Assembly (NCBI GenBank): GCA_965202585.1
Contig: OZ241829.1
Coordinates: 68,944,001 to 69,008,000 of the forward strand
Source of the DNA: Thalia democratica
Taxonomy: Eukaryota
DNA: 64,000 bases
Reading direction: 5' to 3'
Position 1 is the first letter of the stretch. Every line of letters begins with the position of its first letter. A program made the translations under genes and the position numbers. The notes beneath the pieces are model-generated. The model saw nothing but the letters and a program-made list of their open reading frames with translations. It did no database searches and was not told where the DNA came from. This document shows positions 24,005 to 38,389 of the stretch, piece by piece.

Positions 24005-25996
24005 TGTTACGTCACAGTTATTAAAACTTATAATGAAAAATATTTCGTTTCTGAAATAACGTACATCTTTAATTTTTTTAGTATATAAACATCTTTTGTT
24101 TTCATCAATAACGTTACTATAATTTATAATTTATGACAGTTTTATTACGTTTAAAATTATATAATGGTTTTAATTTATTTTTAGTGTTGGTTTGAAAATG
24201 TTTATAAGTGAGATAAAAATTAAATTGGTGATAAACGTTGCTGGGGCTAAAAATTAAAATCTGTTTTACGTTTAAAAAATATAGTAAATTCATGACTACG
24301 ACTATGTTTAATTAAACTACAATTTCATTACTTGTTACACAAAAGTTAGGTTTGAGTACAAAATATAATAACGCTTGCTGAATAGCCAAAAAAAAATATC
24401 AAACTGTTGTACGTTCATAAAAAAGAGCTATAAAAGAACAAAAAATTAATTAAAACAAAAGTGTAATTGATAATAGTCATGTAGGTTCAATCCTCTAAGC
24501 ACACAAAAAACTGAATGCTATAATAGCTGATGCTAAACAGTTTAACATTTTACCACATAAAACTGTTAAGTTATGTCGTATCAATGTTTTATATACAATT
24601 TCCTAAGTTGTTTTTTGTTTTGAAATTAATTATTTTTATATAATAAACACGAAGAAAGTTAAATATAACTTATATGCAAAAAAAAACTAAAAAATTAACC
24701 GAATGTTACGCTTGTTGAACACAAATTTAAGTGACAATAATAATAATTTAGACCTTACGTCTCTAAACAAACAAATAATGTTGACAAAATTTAACTGTGA
24801 AAAATTACTTATTAGTATTATATCAGGTTTTGAATACTATCAATGGTCAAGTAAGTTTGTGACACAAAGCTTAATAAATTAACAATTTTTCCAAGTAAAA
24901 AGAAAGCATTTTAACTCTAATTAATCAATGAGTATACATTGAGTTATTTCATTTTAAGTTATTACGCTTTTAAGCTGATAAATGCATTTGAACAAAATAA
25001 GTTTTTATACTTACTTTTATACCTAAGTAAATAAACTTAAGTGTTAAAAAAATGATGAAGTCTTAGCTTACAATGATCAAAATACTTGTACAGTAAAAAT
25101 TTAGAATCTATGGAAAGTGAGTAAAATAAGCTTTACAAGTATTTATTTACTATAACCAATAGAATATAATTGCAAAGAACTCTGATCATTTGAGGTATTA
25201 TGGTTGTTAACCTATTTTTTGCGAGTTAGTATTAAATTTATATGCACAATATTTACATAAAATAACGTTACTTTAACTCATAGACTTGTAAACAATTATA
25301 CTAGTCTCTCCCTTGAGTATGAAAACAGCTTGCCAAAATACAAAATTTCCACTTATAAAATTTTCAAAGTTGTCAAGCAATGTTGGATTGTTACGTCACT
25401 ATTCAACTACTTTTAAAAGACTACTTTTGATAACATTTACTTAAATAGAAAATTTTATTAAGTAGGAATATAGGTAAGTGAATAAAAACTCTTTTAACAA
25501 GTTTAAAAAGTTTTGTTTCAACCTATAACTTATATTTAATTAAATTTCTAATAAATCACAATTAATGACCAAATTGCTTGTTGTTCAAAAAAAAAAACTA
25601 AACATGCCATTGAAAATAGTTATAATAATCTGTAAATAATTAGATACAATTAAATTTAGTTTCTATCATTTATAAGTAATTGGGCATAACATTATTTTGA
25701 TTTTTGTTACCACAAAATAAGCTTAAAGTTTAAATTAAAAACAAGTTAGTAAAAACTACAAACAAGTTAATTTTGCTGAAACTAAAACTATATAATTTAC
25801 TATTATAAGTAATTTTGTAAGCATAATTTCTTTAAAAGTAAGTTATAAAGAATAAGAAGTTGATTTATTTTTTAAATTAATTTTTTGTAATAAGTTATAA
25901 ATTATGTAATTTAAATTAGAAATGCTTGTATAGTTTTTTTTATATCTTAGCAAAATATGTGTTAAATAACATACCAAACACCACATCCTGTCTGAC

Positions 25997-26517
25997 TTCT
26001 TTAAAGCTTCTAGCTATTTATTATGTTATCTTTTATTATATCACAAAGTTTTTTTGTTAAACACTGTTGTGCTTAAATTTTTTGTTTTCAATTACTTAAA
26101 GTCACCCATGTTTTGCCCCTGTAAGCTGTTAAAGTTGTCCAATAATGCCAACTTGTCATATAATGGTCAACACTATCTTCCCTAATCTTTTAAAAACTGT
26201 TAAAAATTTATTGTGACAAAGCAAAAGTTGGTCATTAAAAAAAAAAAAAATTTAATACCACAAGTGAAAACAATTGAAAACAAATAGCTAATAATTGAAA
26301 AAAAGAAAGAATTTATTTAAAAAAATTCAATTGAGATGCTATATTACTTCACTCATAGCTAATTTACCAAAAATATCATGTTACATATGTTGATAACTGT
26401 ATAAAAAGTTAGTAATCAAAAAATTAAAAAATTTTGCACAACAGTGTTCAAAAGTATCTAAAATCATAAAGAACAAATGTAGCGCTGTAACAATAAATAG
26501 CTAGAAGCTCTAAAGAA
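25997..26517. mobile_element. MITE-like element, unit 2 copy
   Basis: Copy of 7976..8496. Confidence 0.5.
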
Positions 26518-29500
26518 TTAAGGTAGGGTGTCTAGTGTAATTTGTTATAATAAAATGTTTCACCCTGTAAGAGATTTTCAGTTATATCTCAATTCTTATT
26601 CAATTAAAATTTAAGTTATTTCATTTTCTAAACCACTTGTACTCTATTATATTTACTAAAATGTATAAGATAAAGTTAAGTATTATTAAAATTTCAGGAC
26701 ATAGTAGGCAGAAGCTTTGAACTCTAGATGAATTAGCAAGATAGTAGTTTGATAAAAAGCTTTTTATGTACTATTTTCATCTTAGTAAACAAAATCTTTG
26801 TCATACTGTATTGTAAATAAGTAACACATTAATTTATAAGTGATATATACTTTTAAGTTCTTAAATGGTTATATAATAAAGCACTATAGTAGTTTGCATA
26901 GAATTAGATCTTTATGTTAGAAGAAATTGAGTGTTAAAATTTATATAACATTTCAATTGTTACAAAATTTTGTTATAAACAATGATGAAATTACAATATA
27001 GTATTTAACATATATTCCTATAAAATCTTTTATCATTTTAAATTCAATATATGTGTAGTTTTACTTTGAAATTATCTAATAATATTTTGAAAGTCTGATA
27101 TTTTTTGATCATATAACTGTTATTATATTTGTTTGATAACTTAATTTCGAAAAAAATATACTTTAATGCCACTTTACTTTGTTATTTTTATAATTAAGTA
27201 GCTTGAAGTGGTGCTTACTTTATATATAGTAGAATAGAACAAAAGAAAATTAATGATTACTAAGGTATTGTCAGTTTTAATAAATTTTTGTAATACAGAT
27301 TTATAGAGAACAACTTGTCTTGACTAAATTTTTTGAACTTAAAAAAATCTCTTGCATCTAAGGTTTTTTATTCTAGAGAACTAAAGTTTTAAAGATATGT
27401 TCCTTGCATGATTAACAGTTTGATGAATAAAAAGTAAGCAATTCACAATGAAGTTTTAAATTATTGATTTTTTTCAAAAGACTAAAATTTTTTAAAGGTA
27501 AAAACATTTCCTAAATAAGATTTTTCCATGATAAATACAGATTAGACTGCGAAGGTTTCATAATGAATATGTAAAAAGCTGTAAAAGGAAACATATATCA
27601 AAGTACTCAGTATTTTTAGCATTTTTAAGCATGGCCTTCCAGAAGACACCTATTGAACTTCTCAAAATTAAGCTCATATTTTTCAAAAGTTACTTTGAAT
27701 CTTAGGATGCAATAAAAGCAACTAGCAGCTAGTTTTTAAACTAAGACCAATTTTAAACAAAACTGTCAATTCCCCACCCATGGCCTTTGACAATGAATGT
27801 GTAAAATATAAAAACAAATTCTATTTAATAACAATGAAGTTAAAGTAAATTTGATTTCCACAAACTATTTTTTAATGCTTTAGAAATAAACTTATTTTGT
27901 GTCACAACTAAAATAATTGAAGATATGGACCACCATGACTTTTTTCTTTTAAAGGTTATGACTTAGTAAAAATAAGTAAGGTTTGAATTTAAAAAATAAA
28001 ATAAAATTAATTAGAAATATACTTTATATGTGTACTAAATTTAATTAAGATCAGTAGTAACTATTAGTTAATTTAATAAATTATAAGTTAAAGTTAAATT
28101 ATGTTTTACTTTCACCAAACTTAGCTTGTAAATAATAAAAGGGAAGCCACCTAAAATTGTTAAGTTTTACATATCAGGGATTAAAGCTTATAGTTTAACT
28201 CGAAACAATATTTTAAATAAAACTTTAAAGTTTTAGAAATATTTTTTTTCTAAAATATATATAAAACTCGAGCATCATTAACAAATTTAAAAAACTGCAC
28301 ATAAATGCGATTTTTAAAAATTAAAGTGTTGCGCTTTTTAGCATATAGTTTTTTTTAACTTAAATACTTATAAGAACAAAAAAGATTTTGTAACACACCG
28401 TAAAACTTAACTAAAAAAAAATTGTAAATTTTTGTTTAATATTTATTTAAAATAAATAAAACTTTTGGTTTTATGGCAATTCAAATTCCGACAACAATTC
28501 AAATTAACAAAAAGAAAAACTTAATTAAATACTAGAATTCAAAAAATAATAAATATTTTGAAAGATTTTAAATGTGTAAGTAGGTTTAATTGATATGTAC
28601 AAAAAATTTATTTGTTTTTACTTTTATAGATTATAGAATGAGGAAAAAGTAAAATGTTGTGAAGTTCAAGACTTTTGTTTTTACATATTGCAGCCTTTGA
28701 GCATTTTCGTAGTAAGATTTTTTTTACTTATAAAGGATTGCCGACACCTGCCTAATTTTTAGTTTAGTAATGCTCAACTGGATGATATAAACTAAATAGT
28801 TTGGTGCATTAATGAATAAATTATTCTAACTTTCATTGCTTGCTTTTTTTTTCAATTTTATTAAATATTGCTTGCTGGAGTTTTTTCTAACAATGGCACT
28901 CAAAAAACATCAACTAACATTTAAATAATTTTGAAATCTTACGACTGTAACATATAAAGATAATAAGACAAAATATTATAAAACAATATATAACTTTAAA
29001 CTTTATAGTTATACACGTTTTACATAATAAGTTAATTTTAGTCTTAGTTTAAATAAAATCACTACAATGTTTAAAAGTTGTTAGCCTTTTTATTCAATAA
29101 TTGATTATTTCAAACATTACATTTATATTATGGTTTTTACCAAAATTAAACTAAACTATGGTAAATAAATACAGTCATTTAACAGTTTTAGGAATAAAAC
29201 AGCAAGTTTTATTTTATCTTTTGTAATTTTTCTTTTTTTAACAATGTGAAAAAACAATCACTTAAGTTTAAACAGAACTTTTTACTTATAATGATTACTT
29301 TATTTTTATCAAAAATTAATTGCTTAATTCAATTTGAATTAATCTCTATTGTAATTTAAATCTAAATTTTTAGTACATTTTCTTATGCTTGATTATGGAG
29401 TTTCTCATAACTCGTTTAGCTTGATGTTAAAACTGAATATATAAAGTTTACAAGGTTACTAGCGCACGTAAAGTAAAATACTTATTACTATTATTTTTAT

Positions 29501-30759
29501 TACTATTGTATTACTAAAATATTTTAAGTTTAAAACTTTTAGTCAGTTTATTTAATAAGCTTTAAGAAAAGTTTTATACAAACTAAAATTGTTTATAAAC
29601 TTAAGTATTATCAAAAGAGATTTCAGTTCTGATTGAGACTTTGTGAAATAATAATTTATTATAAGTTACTAGTATGGTAATTTAGGTTACCAAAAAAAAG
29701 CTGGCAACAAGTAAGTCCAACCCGAGTCCCCGGATTTGAACAATGATTATTAAACCATGATACTATTGTTTTAGACGTAAAATTTCATACCTATTATTAA
29801 ACTTTAGAGTAAACAAAGTAAACTAAAATGTGCCCTTGAAGGGTGCTAAAAGACCGTGAAACAGAGTCATCAATCGCAGAGATATACAAGAATTTTAATT
29901 AAAGGTCTTAATTTAAATTTATATATTACAATTTTTTTCTTTTTTTGATTATAAATGTATAAAGTTTTAATTTTTATTTTATTAACACAAGGATTACTTT
30001 TCATCGAAAATAAGCTAAAAAAGAAGATACAACTGCTTATTTTACATAAAACCTTAGCGCAAACATTGATATTTGAAAGAGTTCCCATTTAAAAGCTACA
30101 TAAGCAGCTCAAATGTACTTTTTAATGGCGAATTTGATTTTGTTTGAAACAAACAGTAAAAAAATACTTTTGTAAAATATTGAATATCAAAAGTTTGTTT
30201 ATGCATTTATTAAGTTTTAAAATTTTTTTATTTAGCAAAGTTTGGATTTATCAAGCTTCAATTAACTTTCATTAAAAGTAGGTGTAAATTTTACTACTTT
30301 TTGTAATAAAATGCTTATAAACATGAGTGATTTTATAAATATTAACATTGAGTAACTATTTTAAAATTACTTTTGAAATATCTTAAAGTAGATAAGAGTA
30401 ATGTTGTCATTTTGCATGTTTCTAGACATTTTAAACTAATCCTTCTTTTAAAGTAGAAACTAATAGTACAGAAACTTAAAGTGTAAATTTTACAGCGAAA
30501 AAACTAAAGATGGATGACTAGTATTGTTTTTTGCTTAACACTCTTATATCTCTTTATAAGTTACTGATAAAAAGCGCAAACTAGTTTAAAGAATCTATTT
30601 TGATAAAGACCGAAGATAGTACTAATAAATAATAATGATCTAGTTGGTATATTTTAATATAATTAAAATAGTATTTTAGTTCTGATTGAAACTTTGTGAC
30701 AGCGTAAATTTTATAAATTACTTGTATAGTATATCAAGTTAAATAAAATTGAGCAACAA

Positions 30760-31613
30760 GTGACCCAAATCGCTAGCTTTCAACGCACAGACTTCAACCG
30801 CTACACTACCGTTCCAAGGTCACATCTACTAAATTTTAAATATAAACTCAACCTTGTATTATGTTCAAAACTTATTTGTTTTTTACTTTGCAATAATATA
30901 CAAATGGACTATTGTTTGAACTGTTTTAAAAGTGATTATTTTTTGATTAACATGTTTAAAAAGTTTCTGCTAGTTTGAAGTTTAAAACTTATACAGCTTT
31001 TATACTGCATGAAAACACATTAACTAAAGTTTTACTTTTGTAAAGTTTCAAAATAGTTTTAACTTTTTATATATTTTAGTCATTATGTTCCATAATAACT
31101 GAATTTAAGAGTGAACACAAATTACAAAAATGTGACCAATATGGGAATCGAACCTAGTACTAAAAGTTGTATGACGCAACTTCCTACCGCTGTGCTACAA
31201 AGACTTTTAATTTTGATGGTTAATTTAATTATATATATTATACTGTTTATCTTTTTTGCTTATTTTTATATTATATTTTTTACTTTAAATAGTAATAAAG
31301 TATCTTCCTAAAGCGGACATGCTTCGCAAAACTTCAAAGAGTTTTATTGTTAAGTACGGCAAAAGACAACGACGATGTTCAAATGTCAATCTTAGTAGGT
31401 TTGCCTCTTTAATAAAATAGTACTTTTGTGACTAAAAATGGACAAAGATGTATGGTTAATATTATATATTACGTGATAATCATCTAATAAGTATTGTTCA
31501 ACTAATCAACGTAAAAATTAAGTTTAACAAGAAGGAGAAAAAAAGAGGGAACCACTAAGAATCGAACCCACTACGTCTGCAGTTCCAACCTGACGCTTTA
31601 CCGACAGAGCCAT
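30760..31613 (-). pseudogene. Unit 2 copies of the three tRNA-like remnants
   Basis: Identical to 12739..13592 at offset 18021. Confidence 0.4.
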
Positions 31614-33250
31614 TTAAGTTCTTGTAAATGCTACTGATTTTGACTTTATATATACTTGATTATATCAATTTAAATGTTTGAAAAATATGTTGTAAAAATA
31701 GCAAATTTATTTCGTTAATTGATTCTAAATAAGCACAGGCCAGTTTTAATACTTTGGATATAAAACTTTCTTTTATAAGTTAGCTTTGTATAAAACTAAA
31801 TAAACTACAACTGTCTAAAATTAATTAAGCTGTGTTTAATGTGTTGCTTTAACCTTAAATTTTTATTCTAATTATAATCAGAAAATCAACTTTTCAAAAT
31901 TTCTTCTTAACTTGAAAAATACTAATTTTCGTAGTTATTTTCTTAACTCAGCAATATACTACTGACTAGTTTACTGTTCAGCTGTTCTTAAGTAAGAAAA
32001 TACTACTTATTTATAACTTCATTAAAGCATACAAATACCACATGAAAAATATTAAATGCAAAAGGAAGGTTAATTCCTTATCTTGCTTTTGTTTAATGCG
32101 TTCGAGTCTTAAATAACTTTTAGAATGTATTTGAAAACTGCAACGAAATCTAAAATAATGTGAACTAATTGATATAATGACTTTTTAGGTTGCTAGTGTT
32201 AGTGAAACTTAGCAAAACTACAAAAATATAAAACAGATAGCTTTTAGTAATATACAATTAATTGACAATTTTTGACCTTTTATCAAACAAGTATGTTGAA
32301 CAAACGGTTTATAGGCTAAACGTAAACCAGATGAAACTATCAGTAAGTCAATAAGTTCATCTAAATATCACACATATTCTTTTTACACGAAAAATACTAC
32401 AATTGCTTTTATATTTTAGAAATTACATGCTTTCAATGTTATTTATCAAACATCTATTTTAGTTATTAAGTAAGATAATTAAAAACTAAACTTTGCTTAT
32501 ACTCTACTTTCTAGTAATAAATAGTAAAAACCATTAAATTTAAACTTAATTTAAAACAAATGTTATGAAATTCTCAGGTTTTTTAAGCTCAAACCAAACA
32601 AAAAATATGCAGAATTTATCTGCATTTTGGTTGAGTACACGTTTTATATTTATTTTATTACTTATTTTGTATTAAAACTCAAAACGAAATTTCTTGAGAC
32701 TTAACTTTTATTACATGCGGTATATCAAGTAAAATATGTTTAAAACCGTTTACCTCAAGTTAGTATACGAAATGTTGAGGTTTTCAAAGCTCTATCTTGA
32801 AGAAAAAAAAATCTACGTCCTGCATGATTAGGCATAAAATTAAAAATTAAAATTTTCAACCGCTAGGTGGCGCCACCGAGTCGAAGACTTCTCCAGAGAT
32901 TGCACCATAACCGTTCTAAAAAAATTAAAAATTCAAAAAAATTACTTGTTTTTTCACCACTCGGTGTCTCTGCGACCATGCCGTCCCTATCCCCCACCCA
33001 CCAACCCCTTACATTTAGCCTTGACTCATACTGAGCGAAATTTTCTTTTTCACTAAAAATAACTACGTACGTAATATACCCTTCCAAATGCGTTTTTTAC
33101 TTTCAACTAAATTTTCTAATTTTTTGTTACTATGCAAACTGTATAAGTAAAAAAACAAAACATTTTGTTATTGTACAATAGTATATGTATTATAGATTTT
33201 ATCATCCAGATAAAACAACTTTGTTAAACTAACACTTTTTTATTGTTATT

Positions 33251-33367
33251 ATGTATTGTGAATATGAAGAAGGTGATTGGGATGAGCAAGATGAAGACGC
33301 TGATGAAAACTGTACAAGTGATAGAGATGATGGTCAAATAAGAAATCGTCAGTTTTCTATGTTTTAA
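33251..33367 (+). pseudogene. Tail-only fragment / 38-aa micro-ORF (MYCEYEEGDW...RNRQFSMF)
   Basis: Homolog of 15231..15353 with a 6-bp in-frame deletion and L to M; ATG and stop retained. Confidence 0.75.
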
Positions 33368-33502
33368 ACAGCAACAACATCTGATGTACTTGTGAAACTA
33401 AACGTTGTTTACTAGGTTTAGAAAATAATTTTTTGTGACATTTTCAGTTTTGTTAATTAGAGTTATTTAAGAATTTCGCATGTGTGAGATTTTATTTTAC
33501 TA

Positions 33503-34250
33503 CGGTGCTTGTTTACTTATCAGGACATGTTGGGCAATATGTTTCTGTAAATATGTGCGGATAAGTAAAATAAATCTTTCATTCTTTCGAATTATATAAC
33601 TGCTGTATGCTGTGCAGTCCGTATTATGTAATAAAAGTTCAGCTCCTCCTTTTGTGCTTTAAAGTTCTCTTCACTTTTCAAAATGCCGTACAAAGTTGAC
33701 CTGCCTATGCTAAACAGCTCCATTATAAAAAACTTTGGCATGTTGCTTTTTACCATTTTACAAGCTTCTAGTTTATTTTCAATGGTTAGTGCAACTAGTT
33801 TTCTTTTTTTGATGTCTTGTCCATTTCTAAGACCTAGTATATTAAGTGTTTCAAACTTATATAAATTTAAAATTTAAAAAAAATTTGTTACTTATCGTAA
33901 ACAAAAAGGGTTTGAATTAACAGCTTTCAAAATATAGTTGGAATTAAAAACTAACAAAAAAGGTCTGTTATATATTTAATTTCTAAAAAAACTTAGAGTT
34001 TAATCAACTACAAAAAAAACTTTAAAAGATTAAATTAAAAACTTTAAGTCATATCTCAAACATCATTGATTTAAACAAAATTTGAATGTAAGCCTTAGAA
34101 GAATGGTTACGTCATAATAATGAACTAAATTAAAGACTTTATAAAATCACACAAATTTTTATACAGCATGAAAGCTTAAATGTTTGTGTTTAATTTTTTT
34201 TTTGAATTTTCTTATTGACTGAAACTGTCCGGATAAGTGAATAAGCACTG
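33503..34250 (-). mobile_element. Internally deleted pogo/Tigger-like element, diverged copy
   Basis: Same TIRs and TA flanks as 15489..16238; the HTH frame is more disrupted. Confidence 0.8.
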
Positions 34251-35171
34251 TACTGAAATTAACGTTTTTTTAACACCTTGTTCTTATTTACCAGGGTTTA
34301 AAAACAGATCGTATGAATTTTCAGCTTTGTTGGTACATTGATTTTTTGCTGTGTTTGTGTAACACCACAATTAAACATGTTTAATATTTTGTTAGTTGTA
34401 CAGTAGTATATTTAAAATTTTCATCATCCAGGTCAAAAATTGTTTGGTAAACTCACTTTTTTATTTATTTCATGTTTAGTTACAAGTTGTTAGATAAACA
34501 AAACACTAATATTTAATTTTCTTTTCTTTGTTTTTCAAAAAAATACTTATATGTAAATAACTTTATACTCTTTTAACAGCTATATGTTTTTTAATGTAAT
34601 AATTTTTAGCTATTTGCTATCGTATTGAATAAGTTTTATATATTATATATGTTAATCTATCAAACAACTCTCACTTATAACTTGTATTTAAAATTTTTCT
34701 ATTTTAATAATTTACTCTTGCTGTTATTAGTAAACATTTCTAATAAAAATTATAAAAATAATGTTAAGTTAATAAAAACAACAGTTTTAGAACAATATTT
34801 CTGCTTCAACTATTGTTTGAACAAGTAATGTTAACAACTAACTTTCTTTCTAAACAAAATATTTTTTTTTAGTCTACCTACTTTTTTCTCATAACTTTTT
34901 CGAACTTTATTGTCTGAAACTCATGATACTTTTATGGTAAAATATTTTACGTAGATGTTTATGTTAGTTGTAATAAGACTGCTAGTGCAAGTTATTGATA
35001 TAAAAAAACAGTAGCATTCACGTTACTTTTATTTTATTCATAACATGATGTTAAACATTAAGCTTTTCAAATATTCTTTTTAACACGTAAACACCAAAAT
35101 AAATCTATTAACTTCCTTAATTGTTCATTGTCTAACCAACAGATAAAAAATTAAACAAGGTAAATAAAATA

Positions 35172-36326
35172 ATGAAAAAAAGCTGCATCGCAACGCTGGG
35201 AGCTTACCTGCTCAGCAAAAAGACGAACTGCAACTTATTTCCGCAAGGTGTCCTCGCTCGCTCAGATGTAAGTGCCGTAGACGGCAACTGCGGTCCGCCC
35301 GCCAAGCTAGAACCGACGCTTGAGAACATCAGGGACAACCCCTTGAAAGTGAGGCTCTACCGCAAGCCCGCCATTAATATCAATCAGCTGACATCGATGC
35401 TATTGCACGAGTGCACAGACGAGGACCGCCAGGAACCGTGGGACGTGGGAAGCTGGAACAAAGACTGGGACGGGCTGAATACCATCCAACGCCCCAGTTA
35501 TATGAAGGATCAACATAGCAGACATCTGCACCTCCTCGCAAAGGAAGAAAGCGAAAACGGCGAGAGGACTGCCAGAGGCGCGGATCAGGAAGCGGCGAAC
35601 CGGAAGCGGGAGCAAATACAGAAAGGGGACTTCACATACCAAATGCACAATCCAAACGCGGTTCGAGAACGACCGGACGATTTTTACAAGGATGTGACGG
35701 GATTCCCGGTGAACCGGATGGACCCGCCGCATTCTGACGTCACAGTGCCGCGCGGCCACGACGCCAGAGCGGATTTTTGGGTGATGGAGCACGCCTTCCG
35801 CAAAATTTGCTACCGTCACATTTTCGAAAGCGAAGAGACAACCCACTCAACAAGATATGACTATTATCTTTCCGTTCCAAAGAATCTGGTCGCTTACATT
35901 GTGCAGAGGCTCATGCAATTCCCGCCGGAAACCTTCGGCAGGTTCAGGATCAGCGACGGGTCGCACACCCACGTTAGTATCAATTACAACGGGGTGCCAC
36001 ATGTAGTCATCATTGGAGAGACGAGTCACCTGCAAGATGAGTACATGGCCCGCAACCATGACTTCGACCGCGGATTGGCCGATATTGGCCTGGACGTTCC
36101 TGTGGCTACAGACGAAGATCATGGCGGAGGAGACTCTCCTCAAAACGGGCCTGGCCATGACGAAGGTCGCATGAATGATTTCCAAGATGATTTAGATAAT
36201 GATGATTCATATTGTGAAGAAGAAGGTTTTTGGGATGAGCAAGATGAAGACGCTGATGATGATGAAAACTGTACAAGTGATAGAGATGATGGTGAAATAA
36301 GAAACCGTCAGTTTTCTCTGTTTTAA
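35172..36326 (+). CDS. Paralog A' (384 aa), third core
   Basis: Intact ORF, a few percent diverged from 17161..18321, with a 6-bp in-frame indel. Confidence 0.85.
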   Translation: MKKSCIATLGAYLLSKKTNCNLFPQGVLARSDVSAVDGNCGPPAKLEPTLENIRDNPLKVRLYRKPAININQLTSMLLHECTDEDRQEPWDVGSWNKDWDGLNTIQRPSYMKDQHSRHLHLLAKEESENGERTARGADQEAANRKREQIQKGDFTYQMHNPNAVRERPDDFYKDVTGFPVNRMDPPHSDVTVPRGHDARADFWVMEHAFRKICYRHIFESEETTHSTRYDYYLSVPKNLVAYIVQRLMQFPPETFGRFRISDGSHTHVSINYNGVPHVVIIGETSHLQDEYMARNHDFDRGLADIGLDVPVATDEDHGGGDSPQNGPGHDEGRMNDFQDDLDNDDSYCEEEGFWDEQDEDADDDENCTSDRDDGEIRNRQFSLF

Positions 36327-37300
36327 ACAGCAAAAACTTCTGATGTATTGGTGAAACTGAACTTTGTTTACTAGGTTTTAAAAACAATTTTTTGTGACAT
36401 TTTTAATTTTGTTAATGAGAGTGATTTAAGGATTTAGCATATGTGAGATTTTATTGCAGTAAAATCTAACTTATCCACTTATTTACTAAAAAATACTAAT
36501 TTCAAGCTTTGTTGGTTTTGTAATTTTTTGATATGTCTATGTAACACCATAATTAAACATGTTTGACATTTTGTTATTGTATAATAGTATATGTATTATA
36601 ATTTTAGTTGTCCAGATAAAACATACTTGCTAACCTAAGATTTTTTTAAAATTAAAAGAATTTTTTCTAAAACACAATTAAAATAACAAAATACGACTTT
36701 TAATATTCCATTTTTCCCTTTTAAAAAAGTATTCTTTGATATATAACTTGGACTCTTTTCACAGCTGTATGTTTTATTTTAGTGTATTTTTTAGCTTTTT
36801 ACTATCAATTTTATACAAAATCTGAGTTTTATTGATGTTAAACTTCACAACAGTCCTCATTTACAACTGTACTTAAAACTAGATAATTAGAAAAGTTTTG
36901 ATTAATAGAAAATTTTACAAACGAAATTCATAAATACAGTGAAGAGTTAAAAAAACAATTTAAAACAAAGTTTGTGCTACAACTAATTGTTTAAAAAGTA
37001 AAGTCTAAAAACTAACTTTACATATAAATAAGACTTTTAATTATTAATTTTTTCTCATCAGTAACATTATCATCTAAAACTCATGACATTTTTACTTCTT
37101 TGTTCATGTTGATTATAATAAAACTAGTAGACTAATTATTGATATAAACAAACATATACTAGAATATAAGTTTTGTTTTACCTATCACATAATTTAAACT
37201 TTAAACTTATCAAACAGTTTTTTGAACAAATAAAAAACAAACTAAAGCTTTTAACTTACTTATGTTCAAACAACAGAAAAAAACAAACAAACTAAATAAA

Positions 37301-38389
37301 ATGATGAAAAAGAGCTGCATTGCAGCGATGGGAGCTTACCTGCTCAGCAAAAAGACGGACTGCAACTTATTTCCGCAAGGTGTCCTCGCTCGCTCAGATG
37401 TAAGCGCCGGAGACGGCAACTACCCTCCGCCCCTGGAACCGAACGATTTGAACATTAGGAAGCGCCCCTTCAATACGAGGCTCTACGGCGCACCAACGGC
37501 GCAGGAGAACGAGCAAATAACGGCCTTGAAAAACAATCCTTTCACAGAAAACGACCGCCAGGATGAACATCTGCTCGAAAGCAACTGGGACGGGCTGGAA
37601 GGTTTCCAAACCGAGCACGACTATGCGAAGTGGATGAGACTGCACCTGCACTTTTACGCGGTGGGAGATGCCGAAAACGAAACTAGGAGATCAGATCAAA
37701 CGAATGCCAGGCAGAGTTTTGTAAGGGATCTTTCTGATGGCAGGTTGCAAAATTACCGAAACACTTTTGAGCGCAAATGGTTCCCGGTGAGCCGGTTGGA
37801 CCCGCCGCATTCTGACGTCACAGTGCCGCGCAGCCACGACGCCATAGCGGACTTTTGGGAGATGGAGCACGCCTTCCGCAAAGTTTGCCATCGGTTCATT
37901 TTAAACGGAACATTTCAGTTTCGGAGCGCCCGTGAAGCAAACGGGAAGAAAGTGACAAAAGGTCCGGAGACAGTTGAACACTGGATTCACATGCCCAAGA
38001 ACCTGATCGCCTACTTCGTGCAGCGGGTGTTGCAGTTCCCCCCAGAAACCTTCGGCAGGTTCAGGATCAGCGACGGCTCCCACACGCACTTTTTCATCGA
38101 CTACAACGGAACACCGAGATTTTATGTCGTTGGAGAGACGAGCTACCTGCATAAAGAGTACGAAAGAGTCCGTCGTGATTTCGATCGTGGATCGGGCGAT
38201 ATTGGCTTAGACGTTCCCGCCGCTAAAGAAGAAGACCTTTATGCAGGAGATCCTCCTCAAATCGGGTCTGACAAAAATTGTGAATATGAAGAAGGTGATT
38301 GGGAAGATGAAGACGCTGATGATGATGAAAGCTGTACGAATGATAGAGATGATGGTGAAACAAGAAATCGTCAGTTTTCTCTATTTTAG
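37301..38389 (+). CDS. Paralog B', third core
   Basis: Intact ORF (MMKKSC start at 37301; ORF track extends to ATG 37262); carries C-like patches. Confidence 0.85.
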   Translation: MMKKSCIAAMGAYLLSKKTDCNLFPQGVLARSDVSAGDGNYPPPLEPNDLNIRKRPFNTRLYGAPTAQENEQITALKNNPFTENDRQDEHLLESNWDGLEGFQTEHDYAKWMRLHLHFYAVGDAENETRRSDQTNARQSFVRDLSDGRLQNYRNTFERKWFPVSRLDPPHSDVTVPRSHDAIADFWEMEHAFRKVCHRFILNGTFQFRSAREANGKKVTKGPETVEHWIHMPKNLIAYFVQRVLQFPPETFGRFRISDGSHTHFFIDYNGTPRFYVVGETSYLHKEYERVRRDFDRGSGDIGLDVPAAKEEDLYAGDPPQIGSDKNCEYEEGDWEDEDADDDESCTNDRDDGETRNRQFSLF

